A stretch of DNA of 64,000 bases from a virus (IMGVR_UViG_3300046787_000508:128001-192000), one strand, 5' to 3'. Counted from the stretch's first letter, positions 43,957 to 54,426 are shown. The notes: generated by a model not told the origin, from the sequence alone. Translations and numbers: made by a program.

Positions 43957-44070
43957 ACGAACAAAAGGTCCGAAGACCCTTTGCCGAGATTAAGATACCT
44001 CCTTTTCGTTTAATATTCATTATCGATTAATGGCGACCAAACCATTAACCTCTAATATAAATATCTCAAA

Positions 44071-45030
44071 TTATACAAATCTCGCGATTGCTTTCAATGC
44101 ATTTATACCCATAAAACTACCAACCGCAGCTCCGATACCTGGTTCGGAACTATCTTGTTGTGGTACAGGTAGTTGTTGTGTTTGTTGTAATGATGACATT
44201 TCTTCAGGTGTTGTGGTTTGTTGCACAAACTGAGCAAATTGTGGATTTTTCATTAACATTTCTGCCTCTGAAGGGTTTGACATTTTTCTTTCCAAATCCT
44301 CAATGTTAAAAATTCCTAATGCACCTAAGAAATTACTACCAAGTAATAATCTTTTTACAACTGCACGTCTCGCCATTTTACCTTTATAAACAACGTTCCA
44401 CCATCTTGATAACCAATTTGTTGGTGTTAGTCCACCTGTTTTAATCATGTATTTTTGTAGTGCGTCTCTTTGGAATGTTTGTTTAAGAGTTTTACCCACA
44501 CCATTTTTTAAAACCTCCCCTGTCTTAGCTGCCGTAGATTCAATCTTAGAAGCTAACCCAACATGTAAATTTCTTGCTGAATTCATTTCACCACCCCATT
44601 TACCTGACACTTTTGAAACATCTCCAATTAGTTTATCAACTTTTGGGTTCGTAAAATATTTCGATGCTTTGGCGTAATTTGCTCTAGCGACCGGATTCTC
44701 AGCTAAAAATTTAGTAAATGTCGACGCAGTTCTAAACGCTCCCATACCTTTACCCATTTTAAGTATTGGTTTAATTAAGAAGTCACCAACTGTAGGTATT
44801 AATGCAAATAACATTAATCCCGCCTCAATGTATCGCTTTTCTCTTAAGAACTTTATAATAAGAATAACATCGGCTATTTCACCTATCACAGGAACAAATC
44901 CTGCAATCATTAATGCATTCTCGAAGAAACTCTCATCCAAATCCTGATTCACTTCGAACACTTCAGATTTGATATATTTTTTTTGTTTTATATTTTCCAT
45001 TTTAATTAGTTTTTCCAAATGGCACCACAT
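44071..45030 (-). CDS. Hypothetical (probable virion) protein with pre-toxin TG-like motif
   Basis: AGFVPVIGEIADV...ALIPTVGD; start probably MENIKQ. Confidence 0.6.
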   Translation of the reverse strand: MWCHLEKLIKMENIKQKKYIKSEVFEVNQDLDESFFENALMIAGFVPVIGEIADVILIIKFLREKRYIEAGLMLFALIPTVGDFLIKPILKMGKGMGAFRTASTFTKFLAENPVARANYAKASKYFTNPKVDKLIGDVSKVSGKWGGEMNSARNLHVGLASKIESTAAKTGEVLKNGVGKTLKQTFQRDALQKYMIKTGGLTPTNWLSRWWNVVYKGKMARRAVVKRLLLGSNFLGALGIFNIEDLERKMSNPSEAEMLMKNPQFAQFVQQTTTPEEMSSLQQTQQLPVPQQDSSEPGIGAAVGSFMGINALKAIARFV

Positions 45031-45641
45031 ACTTTTTCTGCGATACCTTCACCTAAGTTTGATTGTCTTAACACATCGGCAAATACGTTTCTTAATGCAA
45101 CCCCACCGATATCTTGTCTAATGTTCATTGGTCTTTCTCCTGTTTGTAAATAAGCCACAACACCTTCAATTACTGCGTCCGATATTCCTGGCATACCTTC
45201 AGGTGCCAAACAGAATTCTTTACTTTTAAATACCTTTAATAGGTCTCTAACATCGTAATCCGCTAAAACTGCTGAGATGAAAGTCGCTGCACCTGCACCC
45301 ATACCTAAACTTGTTAATAACCACTTAAGTATTTGTTCTTTTACTCCTGATAATCCGCCACCAAATAACGCACTTAAAACATTTGTTTTATCCCAAGTAT
45401 CTGCTGCCATACCACCAATACCTTGTTTTAACCTATCAGTTAAACTCTGCTCCACTAATGGTTCTATTTCTTCTAATGTATAACCTTCTTCCATCAAATT
45501 ATCCGCAATTTGGATATATGATTGAATGAAGAATCCCTCATCAGAAATATCTGATAAGGGTTTCAACGATTCTGTTAGATAATTTGTACGAGATTGTTCT
45601 TTTTGAAGTTCTTCTCTGATTTTTTTCTTAATATCGTTCAT
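45006..45641 (-). CDS. Hypothetical protein
   Basis: 211-aa ORF in a co-oriented operon. Confidence 0.7.
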   Translation of the reverse strand: MNDIKKKIREELQKEQSRTNYLTESLKPLSDISDEGFFIQSYIQIADNLMEEGYTLEEIEPLVEQSLTDRLKQGIGGMAADTWDKTNVLSALFGGGLSGVKEQILKWLLTSLGMGAGAATFISAVLADYDVRDLLKVFKSKEFCLAPEGMPGISDAVIEGVVAYLQTGERPMNIRQDIGGVALRNVFADVLRQSNLGEGIAEKVCGAIWKN

Positions 45642-45647
45642 TATTAT

Positions 45648-47447
45648 TTATTTTTTTAACCACACGTATTTTTCACCGTATCTCTTATCAAGTTTTTGTT
45701 TAATTCTATCGTAACCCATTCCTGATAAAATTGAATCCAATTTACCAACGGTTTCATCGTCTAATTCGGGTCCTTTGTATTTTACTCGATTAGTTGGTGG
45801 AAGTACTGTTCCATCTTCTAATGTTGTTTCATTTGCATCACCTCTTAATAAATTAGCATCTTTCAATGCCTTATATAAATCGGTAGGTTGTTGGTTCGAT
45901 TGAATCAATTGAGTTAACTCAGGAAGTTTAATGTCGATTGGATTAATTTTTAATCCCGCCATTTTTAAAGGTTCAATCGGCTCTAATTTTTTTCTATTAC
46001 CTGAGCAATTTGTCAAAACCGCTTTATAAATGTCCTCAGTGATACCTTTTGATGTATCATATCCAGCTTCCTTTAATGAGGTTTGTGTTTTTGGTCCGTA
46101 ATTACCTGTTTGTAAATTAGTTGGTAACCCTAAACATACTTGCATTTCTCTAATTAAATCATTTTTACATCCATAAGAGAAAGGTAAACCTTTACACGGT
46201 TTATATGGTGAAGGTTTCGATTTTGATTTTACTTTTGGGTTTGGATTAGTTGTGGTAGTTGTTTTCTTTTCACCATCCCAATCAATATGGATATTTGCAT
46301 ATTTTGAAAACTCACCAGATTGTTCTTGTAATTTAGCAGCAACATCAGATGCCCCACCACTTGTACCTTTACAATAATATGAACCTCTCACTTTACCATC
46401 ACCGGTAATTGCTCTACCATTTGGCCAAAAGAATAAACCATTATGTCCACTTGATTTTTGGTCAATTCCATCTGCAATTTTTGCAACTGCAACATCACCA
46501 GTACCCACCACAAAATCAACACCATCTAAATTGGCTATACAAGCGGGTATAATACCGTTAGTGTTCTTACCGTCTTCACCGAACATACCTTTTAGTAGTT
46601 CATAGATTCCATAACCGGCCAATCCATAAAGAGCCAATTGTTTAGCGTTTAATCTACCCTTCAATTTTTTCAATCTATTGAAAACATCTGGTTTAAATCT
46701 TTTTAATTGTTCTGATGCTTTTTTCGCCAACTCAGCTCCTTTATCACCAATCTTAGTTAATAAACCAGCACCCTTAGCAACTTCTTCCGCAGGTTTAACA
46801 ACGTCTTTAGCCACAAACTTAGCAACTTCAGGAGACGTTCCTTTTAATGTATTAGGGTTTAATGCGGGATTACCACCTTTTACACCTTTAAATTGACTTA
46901 CATTTTTTACATTTCCACTTGCTTTCTGAGCTGCAGTTTTCAATGCCGCTTCCGCTTCTTGTGCTGACATACCGTATGTCTTAACTAACGTATCTTTTGC
47001 CAATTTTAAATTTTGAGCATTTGGAGCCATTACTGTCCCATTAGGGTAAACCTTTCTAGAAATTTCTTGAAATGATTTAGAATCAGTTAAAAACCCTTTT
47101 AATTTAGCGGCAACTTCAGGTACCTTGTTAGCTTGTTTTATAATATTAAACGAATCCATCGTTGACATTTCACCACTTTTCAAAGCTGCGATTGCCTCAT
47201 CTGCCGTTTTAAATTTACTTAATCCAGGAATCTCATTTTTAAATGTTGAGAATAGACCCTTTTCTTTAGACAAAACATTTGCTAAAACTTCAGCACCACC
47301 CTTAGCTGCTTGAGTTACCTGTTCGTCAACTTCCACTTCTGGTGTTGTTATTTCTTCTTCTGATATAATTGATTCTGTTTTAACATCTGTTGTTTCAACC
47401 AACGTTAACATTTTTCTAATTAAATCTACGTTTTGATTATTTTCCAT
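45648..47447 (-). CDS. Large virion-like protein with a peptidoglycan-binding-like repeat
   Basis: DLIREMQVCLG...TGNYGPKTQTSLK resembles PG_binding_1. Confidence 0.6.
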   Translation of the reverse strand: MENNQNVDLIRKMLTLVETTDVKTESIISEEEITTPEVEVDEQVTQAAKGGAEVLANVLSKEKGLFSTFKNEIPGLSKFKTADEAIAALKSGEMSTMDSFNIIKQANKVPEVAAKLKGFLTDSKSFQEISRKVYPNGTVMAPNAQNLKLAKDTLVKTYGMSAQEAEAALKTAAQKASGNVKNVSQFKGVKGGNPALNPNTLKGTSPEVAKFVAKDVVKPAEEVAKGAGLLTKIGDKGAELAKKASEQLKRFKPDVFNRLKKLKGRLNAKQLALYGLAGYGIYELLKGMFGEDGKNTNGIIPACIANLDGVDFVVGTGDVAVAKIADGIDQKSSGHNGLFFWPNGRAITGDGKVRGSYYCKGTSGGASDVAAKLQEQSGEFSKYANIHIDWDGEKKTTTTTNPNPKVKSKSKPSPYKPCKGLPFSYGCKNDLIREMQVCLGLPTNLQTGNYGPKTQTSLKEAGYDTSKGITEDIYKAVLTNCSGNRKKLEPIEPLKMAGLKINPIDIKLPELTQLIQSNQQPTDLYKALKDANLLRGDANETTLEDGTVLPPTNRVKYKGPELDDETVGKLDSILSGMGYDRIKQKLDKRYGEKYVWLKK

Positions 47448-47466
47448 CTTTTATTCTATTTTATTT

Positions 47467-48702
47467 TTAATTCATTTGAGATAATAAATTACCCATGTCT
47501 CCCTCAATACCTTGTTTTATTACATCGTCAGGTATTGCTGATGCAACTTTACCAATCTCTTGATTAGATTTGTTTGCTGAGTAATTTTTATATTTATCGG
47601 CACCATACTCGATACCTTTATTTAAAGCGTAGAATCCAGTACCTACTTTTGCACCTTTAATCGCACCTTGACGTGCCATTGATTTAGTCACCTGTTTTAG
47701 TGGATTAGTAATGTCTTGTTTTATACCTTTAGATACAATAGATTTTAATGAAGGATTATTTACCGATGCCTTCTGTAATGCAGGACTAAATGTTGACTTC
47801 ATGTCGGTAAAGACTTTACCAAGACTACGTTTAGCGGTTGAAACTAAAGACTCGGCTTTAGGTCCGAAAACACTTGCCAACCATTCAAACGGTTTTGCCA
47901 ATAGACTTAATATTTTTCCGGCACCTCCGGCTAACATTTCAATTAACGGACCTAAGAATTTAGGACTCATTTTTGCTATATTACCACCCACACTTGTAAA
48001 TGCGGTTTTTAATCCCTTAGCGGCACCTGAGAAAATTAATCCTACGAAACAAACCGCAATATCAATATAAGCCCATGCACCTTTTATTTTACCTGTCATT
48101 AATTGGTAAATTTTCCATATACCTAAAATACCCCATAAAATTCCTGTGGCTAACTTACCGACACCAATTGCCGTCAACGCAACATCTAAACCAATTCCAA
48201 CGGGTGATAACATGAAGTTTTCTAATTTCTCCATAAACCAAGGTAAACCTTTATTCAATACCCAAGCACCTGCCTCTTTAACTTTATCCCATGCTTTACC
48301 TGCAACTCCCTTTACATCGTCCCAAATACCTTCAGCCAATAATGGATATTGTTCCACTAATTTTAGTTTAACAAAATCCCAAGCTTCCTCTATAAGTTGT
48401 AGTGTGTCAGTTGAGTGTTCATTCTCAACCAATAGTGATTGTCCATATTTCATCTCATATTCCATAATGTAATTAGGTTCGTTACCTAACAATGGATATA
48501 TCAGTTTTCTCATTTTACTAAATAAATCAGTCGATTCCATTAAAGAATGTTCATAAGATAATGTAAATTGAGATTTGTACATTTCGGAAACAAAAATAGG
48601 ATTTGGTGAGTTGATATCGGTAGAAAGACCTGTCTCAATGTCAACAAGTTTGTTAAACATTTGTACAAATCTACCGTCCTTTGTGATTATTGGTTCTCCC
48701 AT
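47467..48702 (-). CDS. Hypothetical protein with hydrophobic helices
   Basis: 411 aa; Gly/Ala-rich hydrophobic central region. Confidence 0.7.
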   Translation of the reverse strand: MGEPIITKDGRFVQMFNKLVDIETGLSTDINSPNPIFVSEMYKSQFTLSYEHSLMESTDLFSKMRKLIYPLLGNEPNYIMEYEMKYGQSLLVENEHSTDTLQLIEEAWDFVKLKLVEQYPLLAEGIWDDVKGVAGKAWDKVKEAGAWVLNKGLPWFMEKLENFMLSPVGIGLDVALTAIGVGKLATGILWGILGIWKIYQLMTGKIKGAWAYIDIAVCFVGLIFSGAAKGLKTAFTSVGGNIAKMSPKFLGPLIEMLAGGAGKILSLLAKPFEWLASVFGPKAESLVSTAKRSLGKVFTDMKSTFSPALQKASVNNPSLKSIVSKGIKQDITNPLKQVTKSMARQGAIKGAKVGTGFYALNKGIEYGADKYKNYSANKSNQEIGKVASAIPDDVIKQGIEGDMGNLLSQMN

Positions 48703-48742
48703 TATTTTTGTGATTATACTATAAATATCAAGTAAAACTTAA

Positions 48743-48997
48743 TTATTTTAATTGATTTGCGGGACCGTCTCTTTTTGTTCTATCGTCCATTTTTTTATTA
48801 CCAATTGGGTTTGCGGGTCCCCTTGAAAGTTTAGAACCTACAATGTCTGACCATTTTGTTACTTCAGGATAACCTTGACCTCCACTCTGTGTTGCCGATG
48901 TACCGGCACTAGGTTCTGCAGATGCTGGGTCTTCCTGTTCTTCAATATCTTTAGTAATAAGATTTTTTAATTGTTTTTCGGATATAATAAGTCTCAT
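48743..48997 (-). CDS. Hypothetical protein with N-terminal ISEKQ motif
   Basis: Start moved to MRLIISEKQLK at 48997. Confidence 0.65.
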   Translation of the reverse strand: MRLIISEKQLKNLITKDIEEQEDPASAEPSAGTSATQSGGQGYPEVTKWSDIVGSKLSRGPANPIGNKKMDDRTKRDGPANQLK

Positions 48998-49091
48998 GTT
49001 AATAAATACTGTAGAATATTTTGTATATAGAAAAATACTCAATTTTCTTGAGTTTTTAAACCTTATATCCGTGAATTTGTTTGAATAACGA

Positions 49092-49460
49092 TTACTCGTC
49101 GTAGATAGTTGGGTCTATCTTTGAAAACATTTTAATGTAAACACCCGCCTTAGCGTTTGCCTCATCTTCAATTTCTCCACCTATATCCGGTGGTTGTACT
49201 TTAAGTCTACCTTGTTCGAATTGTTTGTGGTGAACCATTTCGTGTGCGATACTTCTTAACACGTCAACAAGTGCTCTATTTTTACCCGTAACTCTTATTA
49301 GTTTATTTTCTTTGGTATAATCGTAATTTGCGGTTGTTTTTAGACCGTCACGATTATTCTGAACGGCAATCGTCGGTACGGTTTTTAAGTCAAGTTCTTT
49401 TTTAACAAACCTAACAAATTTGTCTAATGTATCTTTTTTCTTTTCGTTTAAGAATCCCAT
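49092..49460 (-). CDS. Zincin-like HExxH protein
   Basis: LRSIAHEMVHHKQ...IEDEAN. Confidence 0.75.
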   Translation of the reverse strand: MGFLNEKKKDTLDKFVRFVKKELDLKTVPTIAVQNNRDGLKTTANYDYTKENKLIRVTGKNRALVDVLRSIAHEMVHHKQFEQGRLKVQPPDIGGEIEDEANAKAGVYIKMFSKIDPTIYDE

Positions 49461-49471
49461 AGTAATAAATA

Positions 49472-49711
49472 TTACAAAGTTTTTTCTTCAGGTAAATCGT
49501 TATCCTTAAAATATTGGGTTAACAAATCAATAATGAAATCTTCATCAATTTCATTCATTTCATCTTCAGTTATTATTGTTGGTGAGTTATATTCAATGTC
49601 TTCAAAAACAAGTTCCACCACTCTGTAGTACCTGTCTCTATCCTTTCTAGTAGAAAATTCGACATACAACGTCCTGTTGTCGTCGTTATAAAAATATTCA
49701 ATAATTGTCAT
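49472..49711 (-). CDS. Small acidic hypothetical protein
   Basis: 79-aa ORF. Confidence 0.6.
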   Translation of the reverse strand: MTIIEYFYNDDNRTLYVEFSTRKDRDRYYRVVELVFEDIEYNSPTIITEDEMNEIDEDFIIDLLTQYFKDNDLPEEKTL

Positions 49712-49752
49712 ATCTAAACAATCATAATTATATTACATTTAAGGAAAAGACC

Positions 49753-50418
49753 TTAAGCCATATCAGAATGAACGTTTTTAGGGTTCATTGCAATACTTGC
49801 TGAATTTAAAACTTCGTAGTGTAGGTGAGCTCCCATTGAGTTTCCTCTATATGGGTCATTTGGTCCACCTCCAGAATATCCAATTAATTGTCCTTTTTTC
49901 ACGTCCTGACCTTGACTAACTGTCCATCTTTTTAAGTGACAGAATTTAGTTTTTAACCCAACACCTGTATGGTCAATCTGAACAAATCCACCGCATCCGT
50001 TTGGTGAGGTATCTTTAGCCGTTACAACCCTACCATCTGCGGGTGCATATACAGGTGAACCTGATACCGCAGGTAAATCGACCCCTTTATGGTTTTTAGA
50101 TGCACTACCACCGACATTACGTGGACCAAATCCACTTGTTACTTTTGTTCTTTTACCTAGTGGGTTCATTAACTCAGTTCCCGGTGGAATATCGTTTGCG
50201 AATGTACTTGACGAACTATCAGTATTACCCCCATTTAATTTATCAACAGCGGACCCAATTGGGTCTCTCATAAATTTAGCAAATGCCGCAAGTGCTGGTG
50301 CCTCTTTTTCGAGACTACCCATTAAATCTCCACCTTCCTTTTTAGGTGCTTCCTGTTCATCTAAGGTTACCATCAATTTATTCAATTGACCCTCGGTTAA
50401 TTTTAGCTTCATATACAT
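49753..50418 (-). CDS. M23-family peptidase
   Basis: HKGVD, FCHL, AHLHYEV motifs. Confidence 0.9.
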   Translation of the reverse strand: MYMKLKLTEGQLNKLMVTLDEQEAPKKEGGDLMGSLEKEAPALAAFAKFMRDPIGSAVDKLNGGNTDSSSSTFANDIPPGTELMNPLGKRTKVTSGFGPRNVGGSASKNHKGVDLPAVSGSPVYAPADGRVVTAKDTSPNGCGGFVQIDHTGVGLKTKFCHLKRWTVSQGQDVKKGQLIGYSGGGPNDPYRGNSMGAHLHYEVLNSASIAMNPKNVHSDMA

Positions 50419-50459
50419 ATAAATATACTGTTTATTGTACTTTCTAAATAATTAATAAT

Positions 50460-50750
50460 ATGACCGTTAATTTTCTACTTCGAGCAACTAGAATTATTCA
50501 TTCGGATGATTATGACGACGATGAGTTGGTGATGGTGTACGATTATATACGTAGACTTGACAATGAAACATTAATAGTGTATCTTAATACATGTACGGTA
50601 ATATCGTATGATAACGATTTAGAATTTTTTATTGAGATAATTGACGGATTAATTTCTATTCTTGAAAAAAGAGAAGAGTATGAAAAATGTGATAAGTTAT
50701 TTAAAAGAAAACAACAATCGTTAGAAATAATTAAACTTAAAAAAATATAA
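50460..50750 (+). CDS. Hypothetical protein with UVR-like C-terminus
   Basis: LEKREEYEKCDKL. Confidence 0.6.
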   Translation: MTVNFLLRATRIIHSDDYDDDELVMVYDYIRRLDNETLIVYLNTCTVISYDNDLEFFIEIIDGLISILEKREEYEKCDKLFKRKQQSLEIIKLKKI

Positions 50751-50751
50751 T

Positions 50752-50901
50752 ATGTCAGTATTTGGAATGTCAGAAGAAGAGAGAAAGAAAATCTCCGACC
50801 AACACAAAGTAGCTATGAAAAAGGATAGTGAAAAAAAAGAAGAATTAAAAAAAGGTTTACAAAAACCAGAAGAAAAGAAAGAAGATAAAAAAACCTCCTA
50901 A
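50752..50901 (+). CDS. Small Lys/Glu-rich protein
   Basis: 49-aa ORF MSVFGMSEEERKKISDQH read manually. Confidence 0.55.
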   Translation: MSVFGMSEEERKKISDQHKVAMKKDSEKKEELKKGLQKPEEKKEDKKTS

Positions 50902-50916
50902 TCGGAGGTTTTTATT
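50891..50916. terminator. Bidirectional terminator between convergent genes
   Basis: aaaaacctcc-taatc-ggaggttttt. Confidence 0.75.
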
Positions 50917-51631
50917 ATTTTTCCCAAGCGTAATGTTTAAAATTTCTCATAAACATATGAACCGCGGGACTATTTTCAAATATTGGTAAACCACTATTTC
51001 TTATTGCAACCCCAATGGAATATCCTTCACCGTAACCTAAAATATATTGATTACGTTCCGTATCCTTCTTATCACAAAAATCAGATAACATATCCCAAGT
51101 CTCTAAGAATTTAACTATTCTCTCATCTTTTCTAATTATAAGAAAACTTTCTTGGAAAAGAATCACTCCATCAGTTAATAATGATGACCTATCGCAGAAC
51201 TCCTTGTATTCAACACCATAAGGAACCCTATCAACTTTACCCAATATGAATTTATCAAAGGAACAATCTGCCGGATATTTCCATAAAATTTGAGGGTAGA
51301 TTCCGGGTTCTAAATCTAAATCTGTAATCTCATTTAAAAAGTTTACATCCCTAACCCCATGGTCAGCATCCATTAGAACTACATGGTCATAGTTCTTAAA
51401 TCCTTCTTTAAATAATAATTTCTTATCATGAAATGAGAACTTCTCCTTTTCATATTTTATAGTTGTAATTCTATCTGAAAAATTAAATTTTTCCACATCA
51501 TCAGTTAAAATGATGAATCTAACATCAATTACATTACTAATATCGTTTATTAGTTTTATTGTTTTTTCGTGGTATTTTACACCGACAGATGCAATACCAA
51601 TTACAAAATTTTTCATTAAATAAGTGTCCAA
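50915..51631 (-). CDS. Putative glycosyltransferase (GT-A, DxD)
   Basis: IILTDD, FHDK, VLMDAD. Confidence 0.65.
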   Translation of the reverse strand: MDTYLMKNFVIGIASVGVKYHEKTIKLINDISNVIDVRFIILTDDVEKFNFSDRITTIKYEKEKFSFHDKKLLFKEGFKNYDHVVLMDADHGVRDVNFLNEITDLDLEPGIYPQILWKYPADCSFDKFILGKVDRVPYGVEYKEFCDRSSLLTDGVILFQESFLIIRKDERIVKFLETWDMLSDFCDKKDTERNQYILGYGEGYSIGVAIRNSGLPIFENSPAVHMFMRNFKHYAWEK

Positions 51632-52413
51632 TTTTCACAAACCAAATCACCAAAAGACTTATTATGTGATTTTTCTTTATAGTATTTCTCAGAGAACCAA
51701 TTATTAGTTGGGTCCGGTGAGATAACGTTATTATTATCCCCTAACCAAGCACTCCACCAACTAAAGGTGCTATTGGCTATTATGTTATTTTTAAACATTG
51801 ACATCAAATGTAACTCAGTAAAATCACTTTTCTCGTTGATGTAGGTTTTGTTTTTAATAAAAGTTAAGTTATCCTTACACCATTGAATATCATCTGAAAA
51901 AATAACAAATGTTGTGTCGTCATCGAAACGACTAACAGCATCCATATAGTAGTCTAAACTTAGGATGTTCATATCCGGATTTAATAATGAATCACCTTTC
52001 CTAACATGTAACGTACAAGTTTTACCATTTATAAGTTCTGAGTAGTCATTAACTAATCTATTTTTTATCTCATCTTTAATTGAGAATAATTCAACAACCT
52101 CATCTCTGACGTGTTTGAAATACTTTTCAGATTGAAAAAACCCATCGATTATTGTGTCAGTATTAAATTTTGGTGGTTTAACATATTTTATATCACCTAT
52201 ACCCCAACGACTCACATCGGTAAGGGAATTTAAATCTACCCATGGTAATTCATGTTTAAATTCTGAATTTGCACCGTATCTAACTCTTCTAAAATTACAA
52301 ACGTCAGGAAATGCAAACGAAGTATTACTATCGTTTGCTGCTCCCATCGTTGTTGCAATTTGAAATAAAGAGTTACCTAATCCCCAACCACCTAGTCTTT
52401 CAAAAACTATCAT
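51616..52413 (-). CDS. Alpha-1,2-fucosyltransferase (GT11)
   Basis: GGWGLGNSLFQ, GFFQSEKYF, LHVRKGD, IANSTFSWWSAWL. Confidence 0.9.
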   Translation of the reverse strand: MIVFERLGGWGLGNSLFQIATTMGAANDSNTSFAFPDVCNFRRVRYGANSEFKHELPWVDLNSLTDVSRWGIGDIKYVKPPKFNTDTIIDGFFQSEKYFKHVRDEVVELFSIKDEIKNRLVNDYSELINGKTCTLHVRKGDSLLNPDMNILSLDYYMDAVSRFDDDTTFVIFSDDIQWCKDNLTFIKNKTYINEKSDFTELHLMSMFKNNIIANSTFSWWSAWLGDNNNVISPDPTNNWFSEKYYKEKSHNKSFGDLVCENWTLI

Positions 52414-53111
52414 AATTCAAATTTATTATAAAGTTCATTAACTTCAGCCAATTTATCTTTTGATTTCTCACCAATTCTTGCCCAATAACTATCACCTCTT
52501 AAAGTGTGGTCATACTCATAATCCTTAATACAGAATAATTTGTAACCAGAACTTAACCATAAATAATTAAAGTATATGACATCCACCGCCCAATACGCGA
52601 AGGACTCATCAATTTTCTCTGATACCTTTAAATAATTTTCCCTGTTAATTAAAAAATTACCTGTATTTAAAAATATTTGCATATCTAAATTAGGTATTTT
52701 AGGTTTAACAAATTCCATATCCATCAAAACGTTTGAGAAAACTTTAAATCCAAAATTAGGTCTTGCAAAATCAGGGCAGTACGTTGTTTCGTTATTTAAC
52801 TCTAATTCTTTGATTTTATCAAAACAATTCTTTTCTAAGAAATTGTCTGAATCCATCAATAGGACCCAATCATTTTTACAATTCCTCACTAAATTAACTC
52901 TACTTAATAAGGGTGACAAATTCTTTTCATTTTGAAATACTTTAACGTTTTCACTTTCGTACGGTTTAAGTAAATCGTAATCTTCGGTAAAATCATCTTG
53001 AATGACAATCTCATCAATTAATCCTCCGGACATCGTGAAAAAGTCTCTTTCTAATTGTTTTAAGATGTATTTGTAACTATTGTATGTTGTAAATGCTAAG
53101 CTTATTTTCAT
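52410..53111 (-). CDS. Family 2 glycosyltransferase
   Basis: TTYNS, IVIQDD, LLMDSD. Confidence 0.8.
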   Translation of the reverse strand: MKISLAFTTYNSYKYILKQLERDFFTMSGGLIDEIVIQDDFTEDYDLLKPYESENVKVFQNEKNLSPLLSRVNLVRNCKNDWVLLMDSDNFLEKNCFDKIKELELNNETTYCPDFARPNFGFKVFSNVLMDMEFVKPKIPNLDMQIFLNTGNFLINRENYLKVSEKIDESFAYWAVDVIYFNYLWLSSGYKLFCIKDYEYDHTLRGDSYWARIGEKSKDKLAEVNELYNKFEL

Positions 53112-54316
53112 AGTGAATAATCTTTTCTTTCAACCCAATTACCTTGTTTATCAACAGGCCAATAAACCCATTTACTCGGTTCGATGAATGTTTTAACAGT
53201 AACATTTAATGTCTCAACATGTTCTTGTAGGTCATTTCTATAAATTACATTACCGTCTTTATCTTCTATACCAATGTATATGAATTGGAAATCGACCGTT
53301 GGTTTTGGTATTGTTAAATTATATGTATGTTCAATTTCGACAAGTTTATCCCATTCTGTGTTATCGTTAACTGGTGGATTAATACCCTTAATTGCGTTTG
53401 GGTGCAATTTTCTATTTAAAAAGTTAATACCAGCATATAACTCATAGTCACGGTGAGACCTAACTGTCCCTAATCCATAAATCCCTAAGTCTATGTTATT
53501 ATCCTCTTCTTGTAACATGTGTCTTAACCTTCTCTTACTCTCATTGTCCATCTCCCACCAAGGTTTTTCAACTAAACCTTTAGTTTTGTTTTCATTGTTA
53601 AAGTCCGTCCAATGTTTTGTTCTACCTTCTCTTGTGTATTCATGCCACACAACAGTTTTATGTGGGTGAAATAAATCATAACCCAATGTGTAGGAACGAA
53701 TTGATAAACTAATCTCGTCACCTGCGAAGTAGATATTTGGGTCGTATTTGTACTCTTCACAGTGGTAACCCCATGTAAAGAAAAAGTGTCCACTGACAAA
53801 TCTAGCCGGTATCGGTTCAGTTAATGATTGCCAATTTTCAATATGATGAGGTCTAAATAAAATAGTTCCACCTGGTGTAAAATTAGACGGTACCATTTTA
53901 TACGGTTCAACATTTAATAACGTATTGTCAGATGGTCGATACATCCCCGCATATGCTGTGATAATTGGTTTCTCCGACCCTGTTTGGTTCATCATGGTAA
54001 TTAACTCCTCGTCCCAATCCTGAAGAAAACGGTGGTGAGAATCTAATTGCATCGTGTATTCTTCATCTTTCCATAGTTTCTGAATTTCACTACGTGCCCA
54101 ACATAAACCTTTACTTTCGTTCCATGGATAATCTAAAATTGTGAATCTTTCATCATTGGCATATTCTTCCATGGATTCAGTTTCATCTCTTTGCCAACAA
54201 ATACCGAAAGTTAACATTTCGGGCTTACTAGCTTTAGCAATACAATCTCTTATTGTTGGTAATAATTCAGGGTCTCTATATGAGGCTATCTGAACAAAAA
54301 TCTTTCTGTTTCCCAT
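53108..54316 (-). CDS. GlcNAc-transferase-like (GT60/Skp1 GnT-like) protein
   Basis: IFVQIASYRDPEL, GLCWARS, MQLDSHHRF..WD, GDEISL motifs. Confidence 0.8.
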   Translation of the reverse strand: MGNRKIFVQIASYRDPELLPTIRDCIAKASKPEMLTFGICWQRDETESMEEYANDERFTILDYPWNESKGLCWARSEIQKLWKDEEYTMQLDSHHRFLQDWDEELITMMNQTGSEKPIITAYAGMYRPSDNTLLNVEPYKMVPSNFTPGGTILFRPHHIENWQSLTEPIPARFVSGHFFFTWGYHCEEYKYDPNIYFAGDEISLSIRSYTLGYDLFHPHKTVVWHEYTREGRTKHWTDFNNENKTKGLVEKPWWEMDNESKRRLRHMLQEEDNNIDLGIYGLGTVRSHRDYELYAGINFLNRKLHPNAIKGINPPVNDNTEWDKLVEIEHTYNLTIPKPTVDFQFIYIGIEDKDGNVIYRNDLQEHVETLNVTVKTFIEPSKWVYWPVDKQGNWVERKDYSL

Positions 54317-54375
54317 TTTTTATTTTTTTATATTAAAATATACGATTTTTTTTCTAAAAATCAAATCTTTAGTGA

Positions 54376-54407
54376 TTTGTTATTATTGTTTTTTTTTATT
54401 ACATTTG
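54376..54407 (+). promoter_or_regulatory. Bacteroidota-type promoter
   Basis: TTTG (54376) - N20 - TACATTTG (54400). Confidence 0.65.
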
Positions 54408-54426
54408 TTTTATATTAATAACAGAC

